The notes under the pieces were generated by a model. It ran no database searches. It had not been told where the DNA came from and saw only the letters and a list, made by a program, of their open reading frames with translations. From Pristiophorus japonicus (Eukaryota): a DNA stretch of 64,000 nucleotides. A program made the position numbers and the translations under genes. Where the stretch lies: positions 27,714,001-27,778,000 of the forward strand of contig NC_091994.1 of the NCBI RefSeq assembly GCF_044704955.1. Direction: 5' to 3'. Position 1 is the stretch's first letter. Each line of letters starts with the position of its first letter. Shown one piece after another: positions 48,150 to 62,319 of this stretch.

Positions 48150-49303
48150 ACATTAAGAAAGCAAATGGCATGTTGGCCTTCATAACGAGGGGATTTGAGT
48201 ACAGGGCCTTGGTGAGGCCACACCTGGAGTATTGTGTACAATTTTGGTCTCCTAACTTGAGGAAGGACATTCTTGCTATTGAGGGAGTGCAGCGAAGGTT
48301 CACCAGACTGATTCCCGGGATGGTGGGACTGACATATCAAGAAAGACTGGATCAACTGGGCTTGTATTCACTGGAGTTCAGAAGAATGAGAGGGGATCTC
48401 ATAGAAATGTTTAAAATTCTGACGGGTTTAGACCGGTTAGATGCAGGAAGAATGTTCCCAATGTTGGGGAAGTCCAGAACCAGGGGTCAGTCTAAGGATA
48501 AGGGGTAAGCCATTTAGGACTGAGATGAGGAGAAACTTCTTCACCCAGAGAGTGGTGAACCTGTGGAATTCTCTACCACAGAAAGTTGTTGAGGTCAATT
48601 CACTAAATATATTCAAAAAGGAGTTGGATGTAGTCCTTATTACTAGGGGGATCAAGGGGTATGGCGAGAAAGCAGGAATAGGGTACTGAAGTTGCGTGTT
48701 CAGCCATGAACTCATTGAATGGCGGTGCAGGTTCGAAGGGCCGAATGGCCTACTCCTGCACCTATTTTCTATGTTTCTACATAACTATTGAAAATGAGGA
48801 AAAGGCGATTGGCATGTTGCAAGGGTCTGGAGTGCAGGGGCAAGGAAGTCTTACTTTCATTGCACAAGGCTTTGGTGAGACCACACCTGGGAGGTGATCT
48901 CATTGAAACATATAAGATTCTGAGGGAGATTGACTGGGTAGCTGCTGAGAGGCTGCTTTCCCTGCCTGGAGAGTCTAGAAGCAGGGAGCATGGTCTCAAG
49001 ATAAGGGGCTGGCCATTTAGAATCATTGAATCATAAAACATTATGACTGAGGCTGAGATGAAAAGGAATTTCTCAGAGTTGTGAATCTTTGGAATTCTCT
49101 ACCCCAAAGAGCTGTGGATGCTGAGTTGTTGAGTATATTCAAGACTGAGATCGATAGATTTTTGGGCACTAAGGGAATCAAGGGATATGGGGATAGGGCA
49201 GGAAAGTGGAGTTGAGGTCGAAGATCAGCCATGCTATTATTGAATAGCAGAGCAGATTCGAGGGGCCATATAGCCTATTCCTGCTCCTAATTCTTATGTT
49301 CTT
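48150..49303 (+). mobile_element. Two adjacent CR1 3' fragments in DOHH intron
   Basis: LVRPHLEYCVQFW, SLEFRRMRGDL; tails at about 48783 and 49303. Confidence 0.9.
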
Positions 49304-49949
49304 TAGAGGTCAAATTCTGTTTGATCGCTCCTGTGCAGTGCCTTGGGATGTTTTACTACATTAAAGGCACTAACTAAATGCAAGTTGTTCCTACATTACA
49401 ACAGTGAATATACTTGAAAAGTACTTCATTGGCTGTAAAGCACTTTGGGAATGGAATTGAAAGGTGCTATATAATCTTCTAGTGCGTGTAGTTACACTGT
49501 GTCTGGGGTTGACAGACCTGAGGTAGGGTGATTTTATTTCAGAATATATAAAGGGGTGGATCTGTTGTGAGCAAATATATGTTGTGACTCTGGTTCCTGT
49601 GCAACTATCTATCTATTCACCTGCGTCTGTATATGTACTGGTTACATTTTTAATGTTCAGAATCTCTTGGATTCTCAGTTACCATTAAAAATTCTGATTA
49701 AATGGACAATGTGGGGGACTTCATAGTTTACAACAGATAACATGAGAACTTCCCAAAGTGTTTTCCTGCCCACAAGGTACTTTTTAAAACATAGTCGCTG
49801 TTGTTGTAAAAAAGAAAGAAAGACTTGCATTTTATACAGCGCATGAAGCCGCATCAATTGCAAAATCTGGGCCAATGTGTTTGTTCAGATTGCTAAACAT
49901 ACAAATATATGAAAATGACAGACAAGTAAAGACGCATTAATCAATCTAG

Positions 49950-50680
49950 CCAGTCCCATATAATTGTAGTGCCTGGCGCATCACAATACAGACACTCCCC
50001 ATCTGCCTGGAGCCATGTAATATCCAGGGAGAGGTGAAAAAACAGATACAAACTCTGAGCCAATTCGGAAAAACGCCTGGAAAATTCCTTTGATCCCTTA
50101 AGGTGCGCAAAACTAGTCTAGGAGATCGCATAGACCCTAATCTATATCGGATACCTCCTGCTTGTCATTATTTTATAAACCTCAATCAAATTACCACAGT
50201 CTACACTTGTCTAAAGTATACAGACCCACCTCTTTGAGCCTATCTGGGAAACTAAGGTGTTTCAAACTGAGAATTAATCTTGTGGCCCCCCTCTGCACAT
50301 TTTTCAGAGTCTCAATATCCCCCACAATGTGAGGAGAACAAAACTGGACACACTATTCAAACTGAGACCTAACCAAGGTCTTGTACAAGGACAAAATGAT
50401 TTGCTTTATTTTATAGTGAACTTTCCAATGATTACACCCAAGAACAATTGTTGCTTCAGCTATAGCTTCACAGCATTGGTCACGAACCTTTAGGAAAACA
50501 TACACATCTATTTCTTTCACTATTTATTTGTTTTAATTCTGTTGCCTGTAGAGTGTAAATGTATTTGTTTTTTTATCTGTCCACGTGCATAACACTACTT
50601 TTCTAAGTTAACCAGCATTTGCCAAACATGGACCCATTTTTTTTAACACATCTAGATCTGCTTTCAATAGTTGAGCATCC
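49950..50680 (-). mobile_element. Decayed CR1-like fragment
   Basis: Minus strand reads LYKTLVRSQFE.CVQF-like motif. Confidence 0.6.
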
Positions 50681-50697
50681 TGTAAGTGTCAGCAGTA

Positions 50698-50830
50698 CCT
50701 CAGTGGGTAGCACACTCTCGTCTGAGTCAGAAGGTTGTGGGTTCAAACCCCATTCCAGAGACTTGGGCATATAATCTAGGTTGACATTCCAATGCAGTAC
50801 TGAGGGAATGCTGGGCTGTCAGAGGTGCCT
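50698..50830 (+). mobile_element. tRNA-derived SINE 5' fragment
   Basis: ctcagtgggtagc (A box), gggttcaaacccc (B box), cagtactgaggga; homologous to 54590-54720. Confidence 0.75.
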
Positions 50831-50998
50831 GATAACTGGTCTCCAAGCAGATTCAGATCTTTTGACTACAATTTTCTGCCTGTGGTCATTCAGCCTATTC
50901 ACTATCCACTGCAGCAGATAACCACTGAACATCCAAACTAATTTGTTTTTTCTGGGAACTATTTTCATTGAATTTTTTTTGTTATGCTGTTATTTCAG

Positions 50999-51075
50999 GT
51001 GAGGCATTGGGAGCTATCGGAAAACCAGAGGTCCTTGAAACATTGAGATATTACTCTCGTGATCCTGTGATAGAA
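50999..51075 (+). CDS. DOHH: DOHH coding exon 2
   Basis: (G)EALGAIGKPEVLETLRYYSRDPVIE; tatttcAG and GTAAGA; 77 nt. Confidence 0.96.
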
Positions 51076-51849
51076 GTAAGAATCTTTTACATCATATTAC
51101 AGAGGCCTGTTTTAATTTTCAACAGATCATGCATTGCCAGCATGCATTGCTTTAAAAAGAATGAACTTTAAAATGTACACTATAATTTTCTTGTAAAAAA
51201 AATAGTAAGTCACTGACAGCTTTTTAGTTTGCGTTATTCATGCCTTCAATTTCACTGAGTGGATGGTAGATTAGTTTGCTCTTAATGTAAAGTAAAACTA
51301 ATTAATTCTTCTGAAGCTAATAAAATCCAATAATGCCTCTTCTGTTTAGCTAGGTAGCAGTATAGTATATATTTAAATTGTTGTTTCCTCCCCCCCCCCC
51401 CCCCCCTCCCATGTGCAAATCATGGGCTTGGTCCCATTTATTACCACTCTCTGATGTGTGTAGATCAGAGTGACCAATCTTTCGAAGCTTAAAAGCTGGA
51501 AAAGAAACTTGTTTTTGGGAAAAAGCCACGAGAGTTTCAGCCCTTTTATGTTACAGCTTGGGAAGGTGACTTGGTTATTGGCTGGTTCAATTCATCCCCT
51601 AGCAAAGAAAGGGTACAGGAGATAAAGACCTGATTGCTATGAAATGGGTTTGGTGGTAGGAGTAGCTAATGGGTTTATGGATAGTTTGATGTAAAATGCC
51701 CTCTTGGTATATTATGTCCTCCCCTAGTATTGCAGCCAAGCCGCAGTTCTAGGTCATACATTTGTTGCAGAGTTTGGTGCTTTGTTGAGCCTCACAGCTT
51801 CAGAACTATTTTTTATAGAAAAGTAGTGCTGGAATAGTGATATTTATGT

Positions 51850-52760
51850 AACATAAGAACATAACAAATAGGAACAGGAATAGGCCATTCGGCCCCTTGA
51901 GCCTGCTCTGCCATTCAATATCATGGCTGATCTACCCGCAACTCCACTTTCCTGCACTATCCCCATATCCCTTGATTCCCTTAATATCCAAACATATATT
52001 GATCACGGTCTTGAATATACTCAACGACTGCGCCTCCACAGCCCTCTGGGGTAGAGATTTTTAAAGATTCGCCACCTTCTGAGTGAAGAAGTTTCTCCTC
52101 ATCTCATTCCTAAATGGCCGACCCCTTATTCTGAGACTGTGACCCCTGGTTCTAGATTCTAGCCAGAGGAAACATCCTTCCTGCATTGACCCTGTCAAGC
52201 CCTGTAAGAATTTTGTATGTTTCAATGAGATCACGTCTCATTCTTCTTAACTCTAGAGAATATAGGCCGAGTCTACTCAATCTCTCCTCATAGGACAATC
52301 CCCCATCTCAGGAATCTGTCTGGTGAACCTTTGTTGTACTCCCTCCATCGGCAAGTATATCCTTCCTTGGGTAAGGAGGCCAAAACTGTACACAATACTC
52401 CAGGTGTGGTTTCACCAGGGCCCTATATAATTGCAATAAGACATCTTTACTCTTGTACTCAAATCGTCTTGTAATACAGGCCAACACACAATTTGCTTTC
52501 TTAATTGCTTGCTGTACCTGCATGTTAACTTAGTGATTTGTGTACAAGAACATCCATTTCCCTCAACACCAACATTTTCCAATCTCTCTCCATTTGAAAA
52601 GTACTCTGCTTTTCTACTTTTTCTACCAAAGTGGATAACTTCATATTTTTCCACATTATATTCCATTTGCCATGTTCCTACCCATTCACTTAGCCTGTCT
52701 ATAATCCCCTTGAAGCCTCTTTGCATCTTCCTTACAACTTACATTCCCACCTCTCCTTTG
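51850..52760 (-). mobile_element. CR1 LINE fragment
   Basis: LYRALVKPHLEYCVQFW on minus; acataagaacata tail. Confidence 0.9.
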
Positions 52761-54275
52761 TCTTCTCTTCGCCCACCACACACTATTACCGTTGTTGAAC
52801 TTTCCTACCCAACGGGAACGATTTCACTTCTTAATGGGCTTCAAAAGTGTCATGCTGACCTGTTTGATCTGCCAGCAAGGACCTGATTTAACAGCTGTTG
52901 TCTTTTTGTTACTGGATCCCGATTGGGAGCTATTGATTCAAGTTTCTTACTGGTCAAGTTTACAGCAGTACACAATTGCGAAATGCATGTCCTGATCTGT
53001 GTTCAGTTGGATGATCTCAGCCAGGGCAACATGGAACACTGCCTCAGACTAAGGAGGAAAAATAAATTTAAGCCAGTGTTCCCACATCTGAATGCTATCC
53101 AGTGACCACAGTAAAGCACGAGATCTGAAACCACATTTTTGAATTGCTTGTGTTCAGTGCACATGTTTCAATTTCCAGAAGAATCTTCATGATGTATTTC
53201 AAATTCAGGTGCGTTTGCATCAGCTGGTCCAAATGAATGATGCAATTAGATCTCTAGAATTTGGGAAAGTTATCAGCTTTACACAGTCCTGCTTATTGAT
53301 CTATCTATAGCAATGGCAGAACGTTTCTCTAATAGTAATGTGGCTTTCTAAATAAAAGTTCCAATACAAGGTTTCAAGAATTTCTTTCACAGAGCAGTCA
53401 TCAGACACAGTAAGCAAAAGTACTGCTGGCTGAGGCTTGTGCTCAACATCACAAGACTTCACCAATGTAAGTTTTAAATACATAAGCAAGGAGGCAAAGA
53501 TACATTTATATGTCATTGGTTAGACTATAGTTGGATTATTGTGTCTGCTTTGGTTGACCCATTATAGAAGGGGTATTCGAGCCATGGAAAAGCTGCAATT
53601 TAGATTTACAAGGACAATATCTGTCACAGACTGACAGCACATCATTCTGATGAGAGTCTAGTAAAAAACAAAGCTTTTTAGTATGTTCACTAAACAGAGA
53701 AGGTTAGATCTAATAGCAGCTGTAGGGCAGTGTGCTCACAATTCAACTGCCGAGATCCCATATCTGCATCGACAGGTGATGTTTGAGTTGGGTCTTGTGG
53801 TGCTGCTGGAATCTGAATCTATAGCTATGGATATGAGTGAGTATGAGAGCAAAGCCCTGTTTGTACTCATGTTGGTGGGGGGGGGGGGGGAGAAAGTAGA
53901 AATGGAGAGAGAGAGAACACAACGTATTCTCAAGTTGCTGTTTGTCAACAAAAAGTTGGTGATTTTTATGTTGGGGGGGGAAAAAGTACAAAATTGTGGT
54001 CTTCATCTTGGCAAACGAAGACGACCCCTTTAGGGCTGTTTTACTACCATTACAGAAAGTATCAGCCCCAGCAGTAATATACCCAATAGATCAACAAGGT
54101 GCTGGCCGAATCCAATAACTTATGGCAGTTTATTTTGATGGAATATAAAAAAGAAAGTGAAGACCACTGTTTTAGGGAGACTGGATAGTTTGAATTTATT
54201 TTTGATATCTCACAATCTGATTAAGTGGCTTGCCTACATTTCTTTTAAATGGTTAATTTATATTGCACTTTTTAG

Positions 54276-54510
54276 GTTGCTGAAACTTGCCAGCTGGCAG
54301 TTAAACGAATTGAATGGCTTCAGAACAGCAAAGACCAGAGTGAAAGCCAATACTCTTCAATTGATCCTGCACCCCCAGCTCTGGAGAAGGATATTAAAAA
54401 GTTGAGGGAAACTCTCCTGGATGAATCCTTGCCCTTATTCGACAGATATAGAGCAATGTTTGCCCTGCGGAATATTGGCAGTAAAGAAGCAGTCCTGGCT
54501 TTAGGAGATG
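54276..54510 (+). CDS. DOHH: DOHH coding exon 3
   Basis: VAETCQLAVKRIEWL...YSSIDPAPP...LFDRYRAMFALRNIGSKEAVLALGD; tttttAG and GTACGT; 235 nt. Confidence 0.97.
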
Positions 54511-54589
54511 GTACGTATTATCAAGTTTGTTTGGTCATATCATATCATTAATTACAGTTAGAATTTAGGGCTAGTATATCAAAGTGACA

Positions 54590-55030
54590 TGGTGGATCAT
54601 TTTCTTGCCTCTAAATCAGAATGTTGTGGGTTCAAGCCTCACTTTAGAAACCTGAGCACATAATCTAGGCTGACGTTCCAGTGCAGTACTGTGGGAGGGC
54701 TGCGCTGCTGGCGGTACCGTCTTTCGAATGAGACGTTAAACTGAGGCCTTGTCTGGCTTCTCGAAGACATAAAACATCCCATGGCACTATTCAACAACAA
54801 AAAAGCTGGGGAGTCCTCCCAGTGTCCTGGCCAACATTTATCACTCGACCAACATCCCCAAAACAAATTATTGTCATTTATTTCACACTGTTATTTGAAC
54901 CTAGCTGTGCCCAGATTTGCTGCTATATTTCTGTACATTACAACAGTGACTACACTTCAAATGTATTTTATTGTCTGTGAAATGGTTTGGGATGTCCTGA
55001 GATTGTGAAAGGCGCTATGTAAATGCAATT
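54590..55030 (+). mobile_element. Near full-length DeuSINE (SacSINE1-like) SINE
   Basis: tRNA-like head (gggttcaagcc), central cgtctttcgaatgagacgttaaactgaggcc...atcccatggcacta Deu-like domain, L2-like tail aaggcgctatgtaaatgcaa. Confidence 0.75.
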
Positions 55031-56248
55031 TTTTCCTTGCTTCCTGTCAATATTTTTGCATACTATTTATTTTCTTACCCCATGTCTTACCCCATTATTT
55101 TATCAAAATCTTGGGAATAAGACATAAGATATGATGATTCAACTACTTATTGTAAACATTCCTATTGCTTTTGACAGTTTAGGCATCTTCTGATCAGTTC
55201 CAGGCCACTCTGATCTAAATATATAAGATTCCCTGTTGAGCTGCTCTAAGACGAGGCTATAGTTAGTGGAGCAGCTTTTTCCTACAATGGAGATCTAAGT
55301 GCAAAATAGCAGATCTCCATCAGGCTGGAATAATAACACTTTTACCAGACACAAATTGTGCAGATACTTTTATCAAAAAAATACCTATTTCCCCAAATGC
55401 CTATCCTCTTTAACAAAGTGCAGCATAGTTTAGGTCAGTTGATTTCATAAAATGGTTACAGCACTGAAGAAGGCCATTCGGCCCGTCGAGCCCGTGCCAA
55501 CTCTCAGCTAGTCCCACTCCCCTGCCGTTTCCCCGTAACTCCGCAAATATTTTTCCTTCAGATTTTCCTTGGTTTAAGAATGTTTCACGATTTGAATATG
55601 AAGAATAAAATAGCAATATTTTAATCCATCATGGAGAAGTGGATGAATTAATATGCAGAAACTTTTAATCTGCAATGAGATAGTTGGAGGAGTAATGCGG
55701 ATATGTATTAGTGGAACATTGGACTTGATCTTTTTATGTAAAAAATGGCAACGAAAAATTCAAACTGACACATATTACAGTATCTGAAGTCTAAATTGGG
55801 TTGCAACTTTTAAGGTGAACAGAGTAACGTTGTCCTGTATACCGCTGCCACATTAAAGTAGATGAAGCACCTCAACCAAATTACTAGCAGATGAAAATTA
55901 GGCCAATTTATAATCATTTAATATTAGAGCATTAGTTGTGTGTGTGAGGGGGGAGGAAATCTAGTATTCTTTCTCCCAAGCTACACTAACAGCTACTTAA
56001 GGAAGCAGGATTCTGGTAGGTTCGCTAGCATTCTGGTTTGAAACATTTTAATGTCAGTAGCTATAATCACATTTCAGGGTGCTGTTTACTGTTGCTTGCA
56101 GACAAAATATAGAAAACTTATCTGTTTGCATAGGCTTTAGAAAAATATGCCCACAGTGAAGCAGGAAATTGGCTTATTATTCATGCAGCACTATAGGCGA
56201 CTTTCCAGGCTTAGATGTGCCAGGACTTCTAAATAGGATCTTAATATA

Positions 56249-56627
56249 TAGGTTGTACCTCTCCATTCCGGGACTCTGGTCCGGCATCATTCCCGGCGGG
56301 GGGGTCGCAACCCGCGCTGTGTCCTGGGGCTGGCTGCTCCTCGTCTCCCCGCTGCCTCCAGTGTTCCCTCCTTGGTCGGGTCAGCGCGGAGAGGGAATGA
56401 GGAGCGCGGCGGCTGACTGAGGTGCTGAAGCTGGGCCTGAGAAATGCTGCACAGTAGGCTTCTGCACAGCGCATGCACAGAACGCGGCCGGGTCGTTGTC
56501 AGCAGTACCCGGTAAGTGTAGGATACTGCTGACAACGCTTGGGTCGGCATGACCTCCCGTGGTCTGGAAAATTCTCTGGTCCGGCACTGGTCAGGTCCCA
56601 AGGGTGCGGACTGGAGAGGTACAACTG
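56249..56627. mobile_element. Small Tigger-like MITE in the last DOHH intron
   Basis: TIRs gttgtacctctcca / tggagaggtacaactg flanked by TA; GC-rich interior. Confidence 0.75.
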
Positions 56628-56681
56628 TAATTTGATTTGCGTTTGGATGGTGAACTGTAACTTGTGCATTTTCCCCTCCAG

Positions 56682-56995
56682 GTTTACAGTGTAGCAGTGC
56701 CTTGTTTCGACACGAAATTGGCTATGTCTTTGGTCAGATGCAGCATGATGCCAGCATTCCACAACTAATAACAGCATTGAAAAAACTGGATGAAAGTCCT
56801 ATGGTGCGTCATGAGTGTGCAGAAGCTTTAGGATCCATTGCCAAAGAGCCATGTATGCAAGTATTGAAAGAATACCTACATGATGGGGAACGCGTTGTGA
56901 AAGAGAGCTGTGAGGTGGCACTGGACATGCTTGAGTATGAAAACAGCCCAGAGTTTCAGTATGCAGATGGATTGAGTAAATTGCAAAAAAGCTGA
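56682..56995 (+). CDS. DOHH: DOHH coding exon 4 (last)
   Basis: (G)[19 protein letters not shown]...[14 protein letters not shown]...[24 protein letters not shown]; HE motifs 3-4; the four exons sum to 900 nt (299 aa plus stop). Confidence 0.97.
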
Positions 56996-57610
56996 GTCAG
57001 ATAATTCAACATTGTCTTAACAGAACTTATCTTAAACTGCTGAAAGTCTGTTGAAAGTGAACGGGACTTGACGTTTTGAACACATAATTCCCAGAGGTCG
57101 TAACTTTCTCCAGTATCAAAGTTATGTATTTTCTGATGCCGTTCTTTCTGCAGAGTGTTTAATTCTAAATAATGTAGTAAAATCTGTAATGAAATAGCTG
57201 TACATCAAGCTTTATTTATCTTGTGCCTAACTTATTAATAATCCAAAATGCTTACACTGTATGAAATGCATGGTTCCGGATCAATCTTCTAAAAGGATTT
57301 TATTTGGATTTTGTTATGTTAACTTTAGAAGACTGTACATGTGAAGTCCAAAATCATACTTGCACCAGCAATTTTAGCAATGTTGCGTAAGCTGTCCGAC
57401 CAATCTTGCAGGTGAACACATCAGACCTGCCAAGTGTTGTTCGATGGGAGCATATATCCTCCTTTGGTTTAAAACTGTATTCAAAACATTTTAGAATTCT
57501 TGTTGTTCCTGCTGATCAAGGAAATATTACAAATTATATTTATGATGTTGACAACTCTAACATGGATGTATAAACCTCTTTCTTTTATACTGGTCAGTTT
57601 CTGTAATATA

Positions 57611-60132
57611 GGGCCCAAGTTTCGGGCCACGCCTAGAACAGCGCAGCCCCGACCTGGACGCCCGTTTATCGCGCCACAAAGTGCGCCTAAAAAAAAATTC
57701 CAGATTCTCCAGCTCCCTGCAGGTCCTCTGGCCCTCGGCGCGGCGCAGCACGAGCTGTGGGGGGCGGAGCTAGGTCCCTGCACTGAAAACAGTAGCTCCA
57801 GGCGCCCAAAACTGTGGGAGGGGCCCGAAGCATGCAGACCCTAGCCCTGGCCGAATGGCCTCACTGGGGCTACATGCATAAGGCTGCCTCCCACGCCCAG
57901 CTCCTGCTTCCTCCTGACACGACCCCCGCCCCCGACCGTGACACCAACCTGACCTCCACCCCCGACATGAACCGTCTCCTTTCCTCCCCCCCCACCCCTC
58001 TCCCCCCCACCCCACCCTCTCCTTCTCCCCCCCCCCCACCCACCACCCTCTCCTTCTCCTTCCCCACCCCCCACCCTCTCCTTCCCCCCCCACCCTCTCC
58101 TTCTCCTTCCCCCCCCCCACCCCCACCCTCTCCTTCTCCTCCCCCCCACCCTCTCCTTCTCCTCCCCCCCACCCTCTCCTTCTCCTCCCCCCCACCCTCT
58201 CCTTCTCCTCCCCCCCACCCTCTCCTTCTCCTCCCCCCCACCCACTCCTTCTCCTCCCCCCCACCCTCTCCTTCTCCTCCCCCCCACCCTCTCCTTCTCC
58301 TCCCCCCCACCCTCTCCTTCTCCTCCCCCCCACCCTCTCCTTCTCCTCCCCCCCACCCTCTCCTTCTCCTCCTCCCCCCCCCTCCTTCTCCTCCCCCCCC
58401 CCACCCTCTCCTTCTCCTCCTCTCCCCCCCCACCCTCTCCTTCTCCTCCCCCCCCACCCTCTCCTTCTCCTCCTCCCCCCCCACCCTCTCCTTCTCCTCC
58501 CCCCCACCCTCTCCTTCTCCTCTCCCCCCCCACCCTCTCCTTCTCCTCTCCCCCCCCACCCTCTCCTTCTCCTCTCCCCCCCCCCACCCTCTCCTTCTCC
58601 TCTCCCCCCCCCCCACCCTCTCCTTCTCCTCTCCCCCCCCCCACCCTCTCCTTCTCCTCTCCCCCCCACCCTCTCCTTCTCCTCTCCCCCCCCACCCTCT
58701 CCTTCTCCTCTCCCCCCCCACCCTCTCCTTCTCCTCTCCCCCCCCCACCCTCTCCTTCTCCTCTCCCCCCCCCCACCCTCTCCTTCTCCTCTCCCCCCCC
58801 CACCCTCTCCTTCTCCTCCCCCCCCCACCCTCTCCTTCTCCTCTCCCCCCCCACCCTCTCCTTCTCCTCCCCCCCCCACCCTCTCCTTCTCCTCCCCCCC
58901 CCCACCCTCTCCTTCTCCTCCCCCCCCCCACCCTCTCCTTTCCCCCCCCCACCCTCTCCTTTCCCCCCCCACCCTCTCCTTCCCCCCCACCCTCTCCTTT
59001 CCCCCCCCCACCCTCTCCTTTCCCCCCCCCACCCTCTCCTTTCCCCCCCCCCCACCCTCTCCTTTCCCCCCCCCACCCTCTCCTTTCCCCCCCCCCACCC
59101 TCTCCTTTCCCCCCCCCCACCCTCTCCTTCCCCCCCCACCCTCTCCTTCCCCCCCCCACCCTCTCCTTCCCCCCCCCCACCCTCTCCTTCCCCCCCCCCC
59201 ACCCTCTCCTTTCCCCCCCCCACCCTCTCCTTCCCCCCCCCCCACCCTCTCCTTCCCCCCCCCCCACCCTCTCCCTCTCCCCCCTCTTCCCCCCCCTCTT
59301 CCTTCCCCCCCCCTCTCCTTCTCCCCCCCCCCCCCACCCTCTCCTTCTNNNNNNNNNNNNNNNNNNNNNNNNNNNNNNNNNNNNNNNNNNNNNNNNNNNN
59401 NNNNNNNNNNNNNNNNNNNNNNNNNNNNNNNNNNNNNNNNNNNNNNNNNNNNNNNNNNNNNNNNNNNNNNNNNNNNNNNNNNNNNNNNNNNNNNNNNNNN
59501 NNNNNNNNNNNNNNNNNNNNNNNNNNNNNNNNNNNNNNNNNNNNNNNNCCACCCTCTCTCTCCCCCCCCACCCTCTCTCTCCCCCCCCCACCCTCTCTCC
59601 CCCCCCCCCCCCCCCCCCCCACCCTCTCTCTCCCCCCCCCCACCCTCTCTCTCCCCCCCCCCCCTCTCTCCCCCCCCCACCCTCTCTCTCCCCCCCCCCA
59701 CCCTCTCCTTCTCCTTCTCCCCCCCCCCCCCACCCTCTCCTTCTCCTTCTCCCCCCCCCACCCTCTCCTTCTCCTTCCCCCCCCCCCACCCTCTCCTTCT
59801 CCTTCCCCCCCCCCACCCTCTCCTTCTCCTTCCCCCCCCCCCACCCTCTCCTTCTCCTTCCCCCCCCCCCCCCCACCCTCTCCTTCTCCTTCCCCCCCCC
59901 CCCCCACCCTCTCCTTCTCCTTCCCCCCCCCCCCCACCCTCTCCTTCTCCTTCCCCCCCCCCCCCCCCCCCACCCTCTCCTTCTCCTTCCCCCCCCCCCC
60001 CCCACCCTCTCCTTCTCCCCCTCCCCCACCCTCTCCTTCTCCCCCTCCCCCACCCTCTCCTTCTCCCCCTCCCCCACCCTCTCCTTCTCCCCCTCCCCTT
60101 CCCCACCCCTCCCCTCTCCCCTCCCCTTCCCC
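57611..60132. mobile_element. Harbinger-type MITE copy (one TIR) with expanded minisatellite
   Basis: Starts gggcccaagtttcgggcc; 57611-57870 is the reverse complement of 14430-14744 with an internal deletion. Confidence 0.85.
57980..60132. repeat. Polypyrimidine/polypurine minisatellite, unit approximately accctctccttctcctc(c)n
   Basis: About 2.1 kb of 20-25-nt units, almost only C/T on plus; includes N gap 59349-59548. Confidence 0.97.
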
Positions 60133-62319
60133 ATAAACTGTGCTTAGCTGACAGGGAACATGGTACAATGGGGCAGAATGTTACTAACATTTTATTTCTC
60201 ATTATAAATCATTAAGCATTCTATTTGATTGAACCAGCTCAGGGCTGATTAAGTTCATCACTAGTTCCGTGGGACTTTACTCTATGCATTTTAACTCGGG
60301 TGTACCAGGCTAGTAAATTATTGGTTATCAGAAACAAAATTCTTACCTGAGCTTTGGGCTATTTGGGAAGATTTACCAACCTGCTTTAAGACATACACCT
60401 GTTGCCATGGTGGGGGTGGGGGGAGCATTAATAACATCACCTGTCAAAGTTTCTCCAACTTTGCCAATTACACAATTTCAAAATGACCACTACAGCACTA
60501 AAAATTGCAAGGTTGGTTATTTTAATTGGACTCTAGATCTTGAAAGAGACCAGTGAAAAATGGCACAGATTTATATTGAAATCTGTAAATGATCCAATTT
60601 TCTTTGTGTTGGTGTCATTATTTTCTGCACCAGAATTACCCCCAAAATATCCTTGGAGCTACCAAATCTTGGATTAGGTCCAAACTTTTCTAAGATACTT
60701 TAAAAAAAAAAAAAAATTAAGTTTGAGACTCTTGAGTGCAGCTACTGTACCTTAGCCTTGGCTTCAGAAGAGAGGTTTATTTTGCCTTCAGCTGCTGGGG
60801 TTTTGCCTAAATTGGAATAATCACAGATGAGGGTAACCACTTTTTAATTACCTCCTGCAGTATTTATCTGCGAAACTATTTTGTTGTTTTAGATATCATT
60901 CTAAGTAGGTGATTTATTGTGGCTATTAAGCATCAAATGTTTCTTTTTAAAGAAGGATTTTCTGAAAGTACAGCAACCTTTCATTATCACATACCATAAT
61001 TAGAAACCATATACCGTATATAATATATGCACTATTACTGGAATGCGTGTAAAATGCCCTCTTATATAATATATACTATCAATTAAGGTAGCATTTTTGA
61101 AAAGATAGCATAACTAAATTTCATTTTGTTTAAATAGTTATATAATAGAAAATGTTGCTTGTAGTGAACAATTCAGTTTTCTTATTGATTTGAACTTTTT
61201 TCCCCCTTTTTAATTTAAATTTCTTTATTTATCAGTTGTATTGTTGAAAACGCTTTTTTTTTCCTCCTGCCTCATTTTGCCCAGTCACATTGCAGTAAAA
61301 AAAAAATCTGCGCTACAGGTGCCACACCGTGCCTTACCCAGCCTCAGACTGAGAGGAAATAATCCTCCTTGAGGGGTTGTGGATTATATACTGCTAATGA
61401 GATTACCTGCAGTTATATTTAGAAATGCCGTGTTCTCCACAAGCTTGAATCTCTGCTGTTTAAAGAACTCCATGTACTCCATTGCAGGGGCCACCTGTGT
61501 TCCAGCTCTGCCTCTGCCGCCTCCCTCTTTCATCTATCTGAATTCTCCCTGCAGTTAGTGCTGCAGTTAAATTCTGCTCCAAATCTGGGCGCCATACTCT
61601 GTTTTTAAAAAAAAAATGGTACTGCCAGCCACACCTCTTCCTCACCCTGCAGACATCACTATGGAAAATTTACTGGTTTTCATTTAATGTAGCCATAACA
61701 AACTGTTTAGACACACTTTCCTGCCTCTACAGTAACATCTTTGACCTCAAGTTTATAATTTTGTCCTTGTGCCCATCTGCAATCTTCTTATTATAAATCC
61801 TTAAGTATTCCACCATAAGTATCCAATACAGTTTGATTGTAAATAATGAAAAGTAATCTTGCGTATCACATTGAACAATTTTGAATATAGTGCTGCCTTT
61901 GAAAAGTCTGCCCCCTTTGAAGACCTTATCTGTATAATGATCCCAATTCACTTTTGGTACAGTGTTCAAAATTTCTTTAAAATGCAATTATTTTTAGGTT
62001 ATTTGTGTCATTTCTTAGCCAGAACAACAATTGATGGGCCCTTACCCTTCTCTGTTCTTGGGTCATCCACTAGGCGATAACAACTCCGCTCAGTTTATGG
62101 AGACACTGGCTGAACATTGTTCCTCGGCAGTATATAGCAACGGTCACAAAGTGGTGGAAAATCAGGCATACGAATCTAATTACTTAGAATTACAAAGAAT
62201 GTACAGCACAGAAACAGGCCATTTGGCCCAACTGGTTTACGCTCCACAGGAATCTCCTCCCACCCCTTTATATCTCATCCTATCAGCATAACCTATTCCT
62301 TTCTCCCCCGTGCTTATAT

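Noticed and set aside
50698-50760. tRNA gene
   Set aside because: The tRNA-like head continues into a SINE body shared with 54590-55030; no full cloverleaf
57770-60202. 750-810 aa Gly/Pro-rich ORFs
   Set aside because: Artefacts of a stop-free C/T minisatellite and an N gap
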